A DNA stretch of 64,000 nucleotides from Macrostomum lignano (taxonomy: Eukaryota): NCBI GenBank assembly GCA_002269645.1, contig NIVC01001006.1, positions 62,001 to 126,000 of the forward strand, given 5' to 3'. The position numbers and the translations under genes are program-made. The notes under the pieces were generated by a model. The model was not told where the DNA came from and searched no databases. It saw only the letters and a program-made list of their open reading frames with translations. Positions 35,453 through 49,600 of this stretch are shown here, piece by piece; the stretch's first letter is position 1, and the number at the start of each line of letters is the position of its first letter.

Positions 35453-38400
35453 TATTATAGTAAGCAAATAGGGAATAGCAAATGGGCAAAAAAGCAAAAA
35501 GCAAATGACAAAAAAATAAGGAAATAGCTCAATCGGAATATTAGACAAATTCTATTCTGATATCGAAGGAAATGTAACTGAATTGGAATTTCGCGCTATT
35601 AAGTAAGAGTTCAGTGTAAGTAAAGGCCCAGTGTACGTGATTTTAGTCAAAAAAATAACTTGAGCCTCCACCCCCCCCCCGACTCCTCAAATACTGAAAT
35701 TACTCCAAATGATAGCTGGCTTAAATGTGCGAACGCAATCCCCCAATTTTATCTGAAAGTTAAAAATAAGGTTACGCAATCTTAATAAACCCTCCAATAC
35801 ACAGCGACCGACCCCCCTCCAATGCAGAGCGGCAGTAAGAAATTGAACTCCTCAACTTTATCTATTACGTATCGCAAAAATGAGTACAATCTTTGCAGAA
35901 AGTTAAAAGCATGGTTATCGTTTTCTGAATGCTGTGCTTTAAGTTTTCATTTTTAAAGCAAACAACTTACATCTTTGAAACCAGCGTTGCAAGATCTTTC
36001 CAGCAATATAAGTCTCTCCTCTCAAATTTTAAAAGTTGAGGAACACTTTGCGTTTAAAACTTCCCAGTTTAAAGCATTGAATTTTTGTGCGTACATTCAC
36101 TGCCTTTTCCACTGAGAGGCTCGCAAGTTTATTCATTGAATTTCACAGTTCAACACAGGGTTTCCTAATGAAAGGCGCTGATAATAAAACCAATTGAATC
36201 TCGACCCAGTAGCCATATCGTTGCGCTTCACACCCACCACCCCACGAAATTCATCAATTAAGCCAAATTGCAGTTGACTAATATCGATCCGTAGCAATTG
36301 CCGGTGAGCCAGGGTCCAATTGTACGCATGCAGCCACTTAGAACGCCCCATCCCCCCACTGGAGAGTAAATGCACTGGCGACATAGGAAAAAGTTGTGGC
36401 GTAATCACTCAAAATTCATGCAAATTTTCAGCTCCGAGCAGAAAGAGGGTACAATTAAGATTATCAAAGGTCAGAATTGCCGTTTTCTGCTTTTTTAGGG
36501 ATCTTAAAATGTAAAAATAAAAGATTAAAACAGCCTAAAGCCATCCTCGGAAAATTTGCAGTTTTCCCATATAAGTTTCAACGCTGACTTGCAAGTATTC
36601 TAGGAGGAGTTATCCAACAAACACACACACACACAGACAAACAACGCACCAGTTTTAGTATTAACGAGGCCAACTCCTCCTTCGGAGAAGAAAGGGGAAG
36701 AACTCCAATCAGCGGAATTCCATTCCCTGAACTCCATCAGCGGAATCCCATTTTCCAACACCTCTCCGCGCAACAGAAATCGTCTCCGTGAAACTGAACA
36801 CTATCGAAATCCTCTCCGTGAAACTGAACACCATCGAAATATTCTCCGCGAAATAGAAATCCTCTCCGTGAAACTGGACTAAATCGAAATTTCTACGTCA
36901 AACAGCCCAGCTCTCAGAATTCATTGGTTAGGGTTAGGGTTAGAGCTACACACAGCTGCGTGTTGAAAGGCTCCGTAAAAACATTGAACCAATTAAATTG
37001 CGCAACTTATTTCTCAGGCAGTCAGTATCAGCGTCGGTTAAAGTTAACAAAAAGATTGCGCAATCTAAATCAGCCCTCCAATACACAGCAACCGACCCCC
37101 TTCCAATACGCAGTGCAGCTAGAAATTGAACCCCCCCCACCAACTATTGGGGGGTCGGTCGAACCCCCATTGAACTCCAAAATGAGAACAATCTTTGCAG
37201 AAAGCTAAAAGTATGAAAATCTTTTCTTGAATGCTGTGAATTTAATTTTCATATTTAAAGCAAAAAACTTATATCCCCGAACTCAGCGCTGCAAGATCTT
37301 TCCAGCAATAAAGTCTCGTCTCTCAAGTTAAAACTCGAGCAACAGTTAGTGTTTGAAACTTTCTGATTTTAAGCATTGAAATATCGAGTGTACGTTCACT
37401 GCCTGCTAAAGATGCTCGCAAGTTTATGCATTAAAATGCACTGAATTTCACTGTGCAAAAAATACACAGGGCTTCCTGTTAAAAAACAGAACACAAATAG
37501 TTGCGCAATTGTCTATAAAGTCAGCCAGTGAGCCAGGGTCCGATTGTACACACGCCGCCAATGAGAACGCGCCCATTCCCCCACAGGAGAGAAAATGCAC
37601 TGGCGACATAGGAAAAAGTTGTGGCGTAATCACTCAAAATTTATGCCAATTTTCAGCTCCGAGCAGAAAAGTGTCCAGAGAAGGTTAGGAAATCAGATTT
37701 CTGCTTTTTTAGGGATCTTAAAATTAAAAATGAAAGATTAAAACAGCCTAAAGCCATTCCGGAAAATTTGCAGTTTCCCATATAAGTTTCAACGCTGAGT
37801 TGCACGTATTCTAGGAGGAGATATCCTACAAACAAACAGACAAACAAACAAACAAACAACGCACCAACTTTAGTATTAAGACGAGGCCAACTCCTCCTTC
37901 GGAGAAGAAAGGGGAAGAACTCCAATCAGCGGAATTCCATTCCCTGAACTCCATCAGCGGAATCCCATTTTCCAACACCTCTCCGCGCAACAGAAATCGT
38001 CTCCGTGAAACTGAACACTATCGAAATCCTCTCCGTGAAACTGAACACCATCGAAATATTCTCCGCGAAATAGAAATCCTCTCCGTGAAACTGGACTAAA
38101 TCGAAATTTCTACGTCAAACAGCCCAGCTCTCAGAATTCATTGGTTAGGGTTAGGGTTAGGGTTAGAGCTACACACAGCTGCGTGTTGAAAGGCGCCGTA
38201 AAAACATTGAACCAATTAAATTGCGCAACTTATTTCTCAGGCAGTCAGTATCAGCCTCAGTTAAAGTTAACAAAAGATTGCGCAATCTAAATCAACCCTC
38301 CAATACACAGCAACCGACCCCCTTCCAATACGCAGTGCAGCTAGAAATTGAACCCCCCCCACCAACTATTGGGGGGTCGGTCGAACCCCCATTGAACTCC

Positions 38401-41400
38401 AAAATGAGAACAATCTTTGCAGAAAGCTAAAAGTATGAAAATCTTTTCTTGAATGCTGTGAATTTAATTTTCATATTTAAAGCAAAAAACTTATATCCCC
38501 GAACTCAGCGCTGCAAGCTCTTTCCAGCAATAAAAGTCTCGTCTCTCAAAGTTAAAAATCGAGCAACAGTTAGCGTTTGAAACTTTCTGATTTTAAGCAT
38601 TGAAATATCGAGTGTACCTTCACTGCCTGCTAAAGATGCTCGCGAGTTTATGCATTAAAATGCACTGAATTTCACTGTGCAAAAAATACACAGGGCTTCC
38701 TGTTAAAAAACAGAACACAAATAGTTGCGCAATTGTCTATAAAGTCAGCCAGTGAGCCAGGGTCCGATTGTACACACGCCGCCAATGAGAACGCGCCCAT
38801 TCCCCCACAGGAGAGAAAATGCACTGGCGACATAGGAAAAAGTTGTGGCGTAATCACTCAAAATTTATGCCAATTTTCAGCTCCGAGCAGAAAAAGTGTC
38901 CAGAGAAGGTTAGGAAATCAGATTTCTGCTTTTTTAGGGATCTTAAAATTAAAAAATGAAAGATTAAAACAGCCTAAAGCCGATTCCGGAAAATTTGCAG
39001 TATTCCCATATAAGTTTCAACGCTGAGTTGCACGTAGTCTAGGAGGAGATATCCTACAAACAAACAGACAAACAAACAAACAAACAACGCACCAACTTTA
39101 GTATTAAGACGAGGCCAACTCCTCCTTCGGAGAAGAAAGGGGAAGAACTCCAATCAGCGGAATTCCATTCCCTGAACTCCATCAGCGGAATCCCATTTTC
39201 CAACACCTCTCCGCGCAACAGAAATCGTCTCCGTGAAACTGAACACTATCGAAATCCTCTCCGTGAAACTGAACACCATCGAAATATTCTCCGCGAAATA
39301 GAAATCCTCTCCGTGAAACTGGACTAAATCGAAATTTCTACGTCAAACAGCCTAGCTCTCAGAATTCATTGGTTAGGGTTAGGGTTAGGGTTAGAGCTAC
39401 ACACAGCTGCGTGTTGAAAGGCGCCGTAAAAACATTGAACCAATTAAATTGCGCAACTTATTTCTCAGGCAGTCAGTATCAGCCTCAGTTAAAGTTAACA
39501 CAAAGATTGCGCAATCTAAATCAACCCTCCAATACACAGCAACCGACCCCCTTCCAATACGCAGTGCAGCTAGAAATTGAACCCCCCCCACCAACTATTG
39601 GGGGTCGGTCGAACCCCCATTGAACTCCAAAATGAGAACAATCTTTGCAGAAAGCTAAAAGTATGAAAATCTTTTCTTGAATGCTGTGAATTTAATTTTC
39701 ATATTTAAAGCAAAAAACTTATATCCCCGAACTCAGCGCTGCAAGCTCTTTCCAGCAATAAAAGTCTCGTCTCTCAAAGTTAAAAAATCGAGCAACAGTT
39801 AGCGTTTGAAACTTTCTGATTTTAAGCATTGAAATATCGAGTGTACCTTCACTGCCTGCTAAAGATGCTCGCGAGTTTATGCATTAAAATGCACTGAATT
39901 TCACTGTGCAAAAAATACACAGGGCTTCCTGTTAAAAAACAGAACACAAATAGTTGCGCAATTGTCTATAAAGTCAGCCAGTGAGCCAGGGTCCGATTGT
40001 ACACACGCCGCCAATGAGAACGCGCCCATTCCCCCACAGGAGAGAAAATGCACTGGCGACATAGGAAAAAGTTGTGGCGTAATCACTCAAAATTTATGCC
40101 AATTTTCAGCTCCGAGCAGAAAAAGTGTCCAGAGAAGGTTAGGAAATCAGATTTCTGCTTTTTTAGGGATCTTAAAATTAAAAAATGAAAGATTAAAACA
40201 GCCTAAAGCCGATTCCGGAAAATTTGCAGTATTCCCATATAAGTTTCAACGCTGAGTTGCACGTAGTCTAGGAGGAGATATCCTACAAACAAACAGACAA
40301 ACAAACAAACAAACAACGCACCAACTTTAGTATTAAGACGAGGCCAACTCCTCCTTCGGAGAAGAAAGGGGAAGAACTCCAATCAGCGGAATTCCATTCC
40401 CTGAACTCCATCAGCGGAATCCCATTTTCCAACACCTCTCCGCGCAACAGAAATCGTCTCCGTGAAACTGAACACTATCGAAATCCTCTCCGTGAAACTG
40501 AACACCATCGAAATATTCTCCGCGAAATAGAAATCCTCTCCGTGAAACTGGACTAAATCGAAATTTCTACGTCAAACAGCCCAGCTCTCAGAATTCATTG
40601 GTTAGGGTTAGGGTTAGAGCTACACACAGCTGCGTGTTGAAAGGCGCCGTAAAAACATTGAACCAATTAAATTGCGCAACTTATTTCTCAGGCAGTCAGT
40701 ATCAGCCTCAGTTAAAGTTAACAAAAAGATTGCGCAATCTAAATCAACCCTCAAATACACAGCAACCGACCCCCTTCCAATACGCAGTGCAGCTAGAAAT
40801 TGAACCCCCCCCACCAACTATTGGGGGGTCGGTCGAACCCCCATTGAACTCCAAAATGAGCACAATCTTTGCAGAAAGCTAAAGTATGAAAATCTTTTCT
40901 TGAATGCTGTGAATTTAATTTTCATATTTAAAGCAAAAAACTTATATCCCCGAACTCATCGCAGCAAGATCTTTCCAGCAATATAAGTCTCTCCTCTCTA
41001 AGTTCAAAACTCGAGCAACAGTTAGTGTTTGAAACTTTCTGATTTTAAGCATTGAAATATCGAGTGTACCTTCACTGCCTGCTAAAGATGCTCGCGAGTT
41101 TATGCATTAAAATGCACTGAATTTCACTGTGCAAAAAATACACAGGGCTTCCTGTTAAAAAACAGAACACAAATAGTTGCGCAATTGTCTATAAAGTCAG
41201 CCAGTGAGCCAGGGTCCAATTGTACACACGCCGCCAATGAGAACGCGCCATTCCCCCACAGGAGAGAAAATGCACTGGCGACATAGGAAAAAGTTGTGGC
41301 GTAATCACTCAAAATTTATGCAAATTTTCAGCTCCGAGCAGAAAAAGTGTCCAGAGAAGGTTAGGAAATCAGATTTCTGCTTTTTTAGGGATCTTAAAAT

Positions 41401-44400
41401 TAAAAAATGAAAGATTAAAACAGCCTAAAGCCGATTCCGGAAAATTTGCAGTATTCCCATATAAGTTTCAACGCTGAGTTGCACGTAGTCTAGGAGGAGA
41501 TATCCTACAAACAAACAGACAAACAAACAAACAAACAACGCACCAACTTTAGTATTAAAATATTCTCCGCGAAATAGAAATCCTCTCCGTGAAACTGGAC
41601 TAAATCGAAATTTCTACGTCAAATAGCCCAGCTCTCAGAATTCATTGGTTAGGGTTAGGGTTAGGGTTGACAGCTGCGTGTTGAAAGGCGCCGTAAAAAC
41701 ATTGAACCAATTAAATTGCGCAACTTATTTCTCAGGCAGTCAGTATCAGCCTCAGTTAAAGTTAACAAAAAGATTGCGCAATCTAAATCAACCCTCAAAT
41801 ACACAGCAACCGACCCCCTTCCAATACGCAGTGCAGCTAGAAATTGAACTCCCCCCACCAACTATTGGGGGGTCGGTCGAACCCCCATTGAACTCCAAAA
41901 TGAGCACAATCTTTGCAGAAAGCTAAAAGTATGAAAATCTTTTCTTGAATGCTGTGAATTTAATTTTCATATTTAAAGCAAAAAACTTATATCCCCGAAC
42001 TCATTGCAGCAAGATCTTTCCAGCAATATAAGTCTCTCCTCTCTAAGTTCAAAACTCGAGCAACAGTTAGTGTTTGAAACTTTCTGATTTTAAGCATTGA
42101 AATATCGAGTGTACGTTCACTGCCTGCTAAAGATGCTCGCAAGTTTATGCATTAAAATGCACTGAATTTCACTGTGCAAAAAATACACAGGGCTTCCTGT
42201 TAAAAAACAGAACACAAATAGTTGCGCAATTGTCTATAAAGTCAGTCAGTGAGCCAGGGTTCAAGTGTACACACGCAGCCACTGAGAACGCGACCATCCC
42301 CCACTTGAGAGAAAATACACTGCCAAGATAGAAAAATTTTATGGCGCAATCACTAAAATTGATACAAATTTTCAGCTCCAAGCAGAAAGAGGGGACAATT
42401 AAGATTATCAAAGGTCAAGACCGCCATTTTCTGCTTTTTTAGGGATCTTAAAAATTGAAAATGAAAGATTAAAATAGCCTAAAGCCATCCTCGGAAAATT
42501 TGCAGTTTTCCCATATAAGTTTCAACGCTGACTGGCAAGTATTCTAGGAGGAGTTATCCAACAAACACACACACACACAGACAAACAACGCACCAGTTTT
42601 AGTATTAACGAGGCCAACTCCTCCGATGGAGGAGAAAGGGGAAGAACTCCCATCACCGGAATTCCATTCCCTGAACTCCATCAGCTGAATCCCAAGACCC
42701 GAATCCCATTATCTAACTGTTCTCCAAATCCATCAAAATCCTCTCTGTGAAACTGAACACGATCGAAATCCTCTCCGCGAAACAGAAATCCTCTCCGTGA
42801 AACTGGACTCAATCGAAAGTTTCTCCGTCAAACAACTGAACTCTCAGGATTCAGTGGTTAGGGTTAGGGTTAGGGTTGGAGCTGCACAGAGCTGCGTGTT
42901 GAAAAGGTCCGATAAAAAATGAGATAATTGAATCAAAAGATTGCGCAATTTACGCTCGTATTTCTAAGTCAGTCAGTATCAGTCTCAGTTAAAGTTAACA
43001 AAAATATTACGCAATCTAAATCAACCCTCCAATACACAGCGACCGACCCCCTTCCAATACGCAGTGGCAATTAGAAATTGAACCCCCCAACTGTTGGGGG
43101 GTAAGTCGAACACCATTGAACTCCTAAAATGAGTACAATCTTTGCAAAAAGTTAAAAGTATGGAAATAGTTTTTCCAATGCAGAGCATTTAGTTTTCATA
43201 TTTAAAGCAAACAATTTATATCCCCGAACTCATCGCAGCAAGATCTTTCCAGCAATATAAGTCTCTCCTCTCTAAGTTCAAAACTCGAGCAACAGTTAGT
43301 GTTTGAAACTTTCTGATTTTAAGCATTGAAATATCGAGTGTACGTTCACTGCCTGCTAAAGATGCTCGCAAGTTTATGCATTAAAATGCACTGAATTTCA
43401 CTGTGCAAAAAATACACAGGGCTTCCTGTTAAAAAACAGACCACAAATAGTTGCGCAATTGTCCATAAAGTCAGCCAGTGAGCCAGGGTCCGATTGTACA
43501 CACGCCGCCAATGAGAACGCGCCCATTCCCCCACAGGAGAGAAAATGCACTGGCGACATAGGAAAAATTTGTGGCGTAATCACTCAAAATTTATGCCAAT
43601 TTTCAGCTCCAATCAGAAAGAGGGGACAAATAAGATTATCAAAGGTCAGAATTGCTGCTTTCTGCTTTTTTAGGGATCTTAAAATTAAAAAATGAAAGAT
43701 TAAAATAGCCTAAAGCAATCCTCGGAAAATTAGCAGTTTACCCATATAAGTTTCAACGCTGAGTTGCAAGTATTCTAGGAGGAGTTATCGAACTGACATA
43801 CACACAGACAAACAACGCACCACTTTTAGTATTAAGAGACGAGGCCAACTCCTCCTCTGGAGGAGAAAGGGGAAGAATTCCCATCACCGGTACTCCATTC
43901 CCTGAAATGCCATTCCCTGAATCCCATCATCCAACTCCTCTCCGCGAAACTGAACATCATCGAAATCTTCTCCGTAAAAGAGAACTCCATCAAACACCTC
44001 TCCGTGAAACTGACATTCATCAAAATCCCCTCCGAGAAATAGAAATCCTCTCCACCAAACAGAAATCCTCTCCGTCAAAATTAAAACATTGAAATCGTCT
44101 CCGCTAAACTGGACTCAATCGATTTTTTCCGTCAAACAACTCAACTCTCCAGATTCATTGGTTAGGGTTAGGGTTAGGGTTAGGGTTAGAACTACGCACA
44201 GCTTCGTGTTAAAAGGCACTGATAAAAATATTGAACTAATTGAATCAATTCATTGCGCAACCGATTTCACAGTCAGTCAGTATCAGTCTCAGTTAAAGTT
44301 AACAAAAACATTGCGCAATCTAAATCAACCCTCCAATACACAGCAGCAGTGAGAAGTTGAACCCTCCCCCCCAACTTTATCTATTACGTCTCGCAAAACT

Positions 44401-45759
44401 GAGAACAATTTTTGCAGAAAATTAAAAGCATGGAAATAGTTTTTTTAAATGCTGTGCTTTTTCTTTTCATATTTAAAGATAACAAATTATATCCCCGAAC
44501 TCAGCGTTGCAAGATCTTTCCAGCAATATAAGTTTCTCCTATCAAAGTTAGAAACTCGAGCAACAGTTTGCGTTTGAAACTTTCTGATTTAAAGCATTGA
44601 AATATCGAGTGTACGTTCACTGCCTGCTAAAGAGGCTCGCAAGTTTATGCATTGAATTTCAATGTTCAAAACTTCACAGCGCAGCCTATTGAAAGGCACA
44701 GATAATAAAACAAATTGATGGCGCAACCGATTTCACAGTCAGTCAGTATCAGTCTCAGTTCAAGTTAACAAAAAGTTTGCGCAATCTAAATCAACCCTCC
44801 AGTACACAGCGCCCGACCCCCTTCCACTACGCAGTGGCAGTTAGAAATTGAACCCCAACTGTTGGGGGGTCAGTCGAACGCCCATTGAACCCCAAAATGA
44901 GTACAATCTTTGCAGAAAGCTAAAAGTCTGGAAATAGTTTTTTTGATGCTGTGCTTTTAGTTTTTCTATTTAAAGCAAACAATTTATATCCTCGAACTCA
45001 GTGTTGCAAGATCTATTCAGCAGTATAAGTCTCTTCTCTTAACATTTAGAACTCGAAGAGCAGTTAGCGTTTGAAACTGTCTGATTTATAGCATTGAAGT
45101 ATCGAGTGTACGTTAACTACCTGCTTGCTAGCTGATGCATTGAATTTCAATGTCCAACAAATACACAGGGCTGCCCATTGAGAGGCAAGAAAACTTATCA
45201 GTAGCCAAATCATTGCGCAATTATCTATACAGTCAGCCAGTGAGCCAGGGTCCAAGTGTACACACGCCGCCACTGAGAACGCCCCCATCCCCCACTGGAG
45301 AGAAAATACACTGCCGAGATAGGAAAAAGTTGTTGCGTAATCACTCAAAATTCATGCAAATTTTCAGCTCCGAGCGGAAAGAGAGGACAATTAAGATTAT
45401 CAAAGGTCAGAATTGCCGTTTTCTGCTTTTTTAGGGATCTTAAAATGTAAAAATAAAAGATTAAAATAGCCTAAAGCCATCCTCGGAAAATTTGCAGTTT
45501 TCCCACATAAGTTTCAACGCTGACTTGCAAGTATTCTAGGAGGAGATATCCAACAAACACACACACACACAGACAAACAACGCACCAGTTTTAGTATTAA
45601 GACGAGTGGAACTCCTCCTTCGGAGGAGAAAGGGGAAGAACTCCCATCACCGGAATTCCATTCCCTGAAATATCCATCAACTGAAATTTCATGTCTTGAA
45701 CCCTATCTTCCAAATCGTCTCCAAATTCTTTACAAAACCTTTCAAAGAACATAGCTCAA

Positions 45760-46610
45760 AGACTCTCACGTCTCTCATATCTCCTCTCTCCTCTGTTCGC
45801 TATTATCGTGATCGTGACTCTCTTCTCTCTCCTCTCTCTCATTTCATCTCTACCCCTACTCCCTTATTTATCTCTTCTCCCTCGTCTTTCGTCTGTACCT
45901 TCTCCTGTCTCTTGTCTCCTCTCTTCTCTCATGTCTCTCCTCTTCACTTCTGTCTCCTGTCTCCTCTCTTCTCTCTTATCTCTCCCTCTTCTCTCCTCTC
46001 CTTTCTCCTTTCATCTTATCCCTCTCTTCTCTATACTCTAATCTCTTTTCTCTTATGTTCTCACTCATCTCTTTTCTCATAGCATCTCTCATCTCTCTTC
46101 TCCTCACTACTTTCCTCTCTTAACTCTCTTATCTCTGATCTTTCATCTCTTTTCTCTCTCCTCTCTCTCTTCTCCTCTCGCTTCTCTCTCTCCTCTCTCT
46201 CTTCTCATCTCTACTACCTTATTTATATCTTCTCCCTGGTCTTTCGTCTCTACTCTCTCTTGTCTCATTTCTCCCCTCTTTTTTCCTCTCTTCTCTCTCC
46301 CCTCCTCTCTCATCTCTCATCCCTCATCTGACTCTTTCTTTCCCTTCTACTCTCCCTCTCTTCTATTTCCTCTGTACGCTCTTATCTCACATCTCTATTC
46401 TCTCTCCTATCATCTCTCTTGTCTCCCTCTGCTATCTCATATCTCCCCTCTCATCTCCTCTCTCCTCTTCTCTTCTCTCTACTTCGTTCCCGCCTTACTC
46501 CCCTCTTCTATCCTATCTGTCATGTCTAATCTCTCCACTCATTTCTGCTCTGTTTTCTATCATCTCATCTCTCTTCTCTTTTCATTCTTCTCTTTACTCT
46601 TTTCTCTGAC
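45760..46610. repeat. Pyrimidine-rich (CT)n-type low-complexity tract inside one array unit
   Basis: Plus strand is almost entirely C/T. Confidence 0.92.
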
Positions 46611-49600
46611 TGATTGAAGATGCCAAATGCTCTCCGCGTAGCAGAAAAATCCTGTCGGTGCAACTGAAAACCATCGAAATCCTCTCCGTGAAACTGGACT
46701 CCTTCGAAATCCTCTCCTTGAAACTTAAATCCATCAAAATCGTCTCCATAAAACAGAAATCAGTCATAAATTATCTCTGCGAAACAGAAATCCTCTCCGT
46801 GAAACTGAACACCATAGAAATCCTCTCCACGAAACAGAAATCCTCTCCGTCAAAATTAAAACATTGAAATCGTCTCCGCTAAACTGGACTCAATCGAATT
46901 TTTTCCGTCAAACAACTCAACTCTCCGGATTCATTGGTTAGGGTTAGGGTTAGGGTTAGGGTTAGGGTTAGGGTTAGAACTACGCACAGCTTCGTGTTAA
47001 AAGGCACTGATAAAATTATTGAACTAATTGAATCAATTCATTGCGCAACCGATTTCTCAGTCAGTCAGTATCAGTCTCAGTTAAATTTAACCAAAAGATT
47101 GCGCAATTTAAATCAACCCTCCAGTACACAGAGACCGACCCCTTTTCAATACGCTGTGGCAGTTAGAAATTGAACCCACATCTGTTGGGGGCATTGAACC
47201 AAAAAATGAGTACAATCTTTGCATAAAGCTAAAAGTATGGAAATAGTTTTTTTGATGCTGCTCTTTTAGTCTTTATATTAAAAGCTAACAATTTATATCC
47301 TCGAACTCAGCGTTGCAAGATCTTTTCAGCAGTATAAGTCTCTTCTCTTAAAGTTTAGAACTCGAAGAGCAGTTAGCGTTTGAAAGTTTCCGTTTTAAAG
47401 CATTAAAATATCGAGTGTATGTTCACTGCCTGCCAAAGAGGCTCGCAAGTTGATTCATTCATTACACAGGCCGGCTATTACACAGGGCAGCGTATTGAAA
47501 GGCACAGATAATAAAACAAATTGATGGTGCAACCGATTTCACAGTCAGTCAGTATCAGTCTCAGTTAAAGTTAACAAAAACATTGCGCAATCTAAATCAA
47601 CCCTCCAATACACAGCAGCAGTGAGAAGTTGAACCCTCCCCCCAACTTTATCTATTACGTCTCGCAAAACTGAGCACAATTTTTGCAGAAAGTTAAAAGC
47701 ATGGAAATAGTTTTTTCAATGCTGTGCTTTTTCTTTTTATATTTAAAGCAAACAACTTATATCCCCGAACTCAGCGTTGCAAGATCTTTCCAACAATATA
47801 AGTTTCTCCTCTGAAAGTTTAAAACTCGAGGAACAGTTAGCGTTTGAAATTTACCAATTTTCCGACTACTTGCTAGAGAAGCTCGCAAGTTTATTCATTG
47901 AATTTCACTGCCAAACTAATACACAGGGCTGATAATAAAAAATGAACCAATTGAATCAGTTGATTGTGCAATATATTTCTGTGTTAGTCAGTATCAGTTT
48001 CAGTTAAAGTTAACAAACAGATGGCGCAATCTAAATCAACCCTCAAATACACACCGACCGACCTCCTAACTGTTGGGGGGGTCGGTCGAACGCCATTGAA
48101 ATCCTAAAATGAGTACAATCTTTGCAGAAAGTTTAAAGTATGGAAATAGTTTTTGCAATGCAGAGCTTTTAGTTTTCATATTTAAAGCAAACAATTTATA
48201 TCCCTGAAATCAGCTTTGCAAGTTCTTTCCAGCAATATAAATTTTTTCTCTCAAAGTTAAAAACTCGAGCAACAGTTTGCGTTTGAAACTTTCTGATTTA
48301 AAGCATTGAAATATCGATTGTACGTTCACTGCCTGCTAATTTAAATGTCCAACAAATACACAGGGCTGCCCATTGAGAGGCAGGAAAACTTATCAGTAGC
48401 ATATCATTGCGCAATTATCTATACAGTCAGCCAGTGAGCCAGGGTCCGATTGTACACAGGCAGCCATTTAGAACGCCCCATCCCCCCACTGGAGAGAAAA
48501 TACACTGCAGAGATAGGGAAAAGTTGTGGCGCAATCACTTGAAATTCATGCAAATTTTCAGCTCCAAGCAGAAAGAGGGGACAATTAAGATTATCAAAGG
48601 TCAAGACCGCCGTTTTCTGCTTTTTTGAGGATCTTAGAAATTAAAATTTCAGAATTAAAATAGCCTATAGCCGACCTCGGATAATTTCCAATCTTCCCAT
48701 ATAAGTTTCAACGCTGAGTTGCCACTATTCAAGGAGGAGTTGTCGAAATGACACACACACACACACACACACAGACAGACAGACAAACAACACGTCAACT
48801 TTAGTATATAGAGAGAGAAGAGAAGAAAGACGGCTACTTATGGCTACTGTTGGCCGTGCTGCGTCAGCGAGGGCGCCACCCTCCCAGACTTTTTCTCTCT
48901 TTTTTCTCTCTCCCCCTCGCTCTGGGTTGGGCTGGGGTTTGGAGACTTGAGCTTCTCCCTAGCCTGGCCTACAGCCTGCCCAGACCCCCGGTCTTTTGCG
49001 CGGGGCCAAATCAATTTGCTCCACCCCTCCCCGGCTAGGCGGCTTGTGATTGGTTGGCCAGCAGGGTGAAGTGTACTTTATTTAATTGTCTGCCTATCTG
49101 CCTCCCTTTTCTTGCTATTTAATGTGCGGTCCCCGCCCCGTCCCGTCCCTTGCGTGCGTTCCTCGCTCGCGTCAGTCGCAGTAAAAGAATAAAAACGCGA
49201 CGGTTGGTTCGCTGCTAGTCGGCGGTTTATTGGAGTCTGCCCGAACCACAGCCTCTCCTAGAATTCAGGGCGCCGGTGAAGTGAACTCTCGCCGGTCGTG
49301 GGTGACTGTGAACTCTCGCAGCGTTAGGGACAGGGGTCTCCCAGCTAGGCAGCCCCTGCTACCCTAGCCGGATTCGCAGCTCCCGGGCCCATCCTGGGGT
49401 ACTCAAACCACTGCAAAACAATTGCAGAAAAACCAAGTAGTCTACTAGCACAAGCAAAAACTTGGATAACGTCGTTTTTAAAAGATGCACTACTGAAGCA
49501 CTATAAGCACTACTAAAGCACTTAATATAAGCACTACTGAATAGTACACTCGTAATTAGGGAAAATGTAAAATTATACTGAAGGCCGCAGCAATTATAGC

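Larger units (their letters stand above)
27546..36664 (-). mobile_element. Autonomous Helitron (~9.1 kb)
   Basis: Shares both termini with the 1.2-kb units and contains the RepHel gene in the matching orientation. Confidence 0.88.
26012..48812 (-). mobile_element. Head-to-tail Helitron array of 10 units: 26012-27545, 27546-36664 (autonomous), 36665-37881, 37882-39109, 39110-40338, 40339-41558, 41559-42608 (3'-truncated), 42609-43839, 43840-45602, 45603-48812
   Basis: On the minus strand units begin TC(T)TAATACTAAA/TCTATATACTAAA (the leading TC is missing at 36664, 42608 and about 41558) and, except the truncated unit, end with a CTCCTCC-NNN-GGAGG/AAG hairpin plus TTGGCCTCG. Central period is 1228-1229 bp. 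Confidence 0.88.

Noticed and set aside
30313-35527. Antisense and alternative-frame ORFs over RepHel (likewise over the ADAM17 and GARS exons)
   Set aside because: They are shadows of GC-rich coding sequence.
36924-47173. Recurrent 60-97 aa ORFs (MVRVRVR..., MITPQLF...)
   Set aside because: They come from repeated non-coding Helitron units; VRVR is translated TTAGGG.
48848-49250. Possible solo LTR (TGTTGG...CCACA with CCAAT-like, TATA-like and AATAAA motifs)
   Set aside because: The flanks (gctac / gcctc) give no convincing TSD and there is no second copy in the window.
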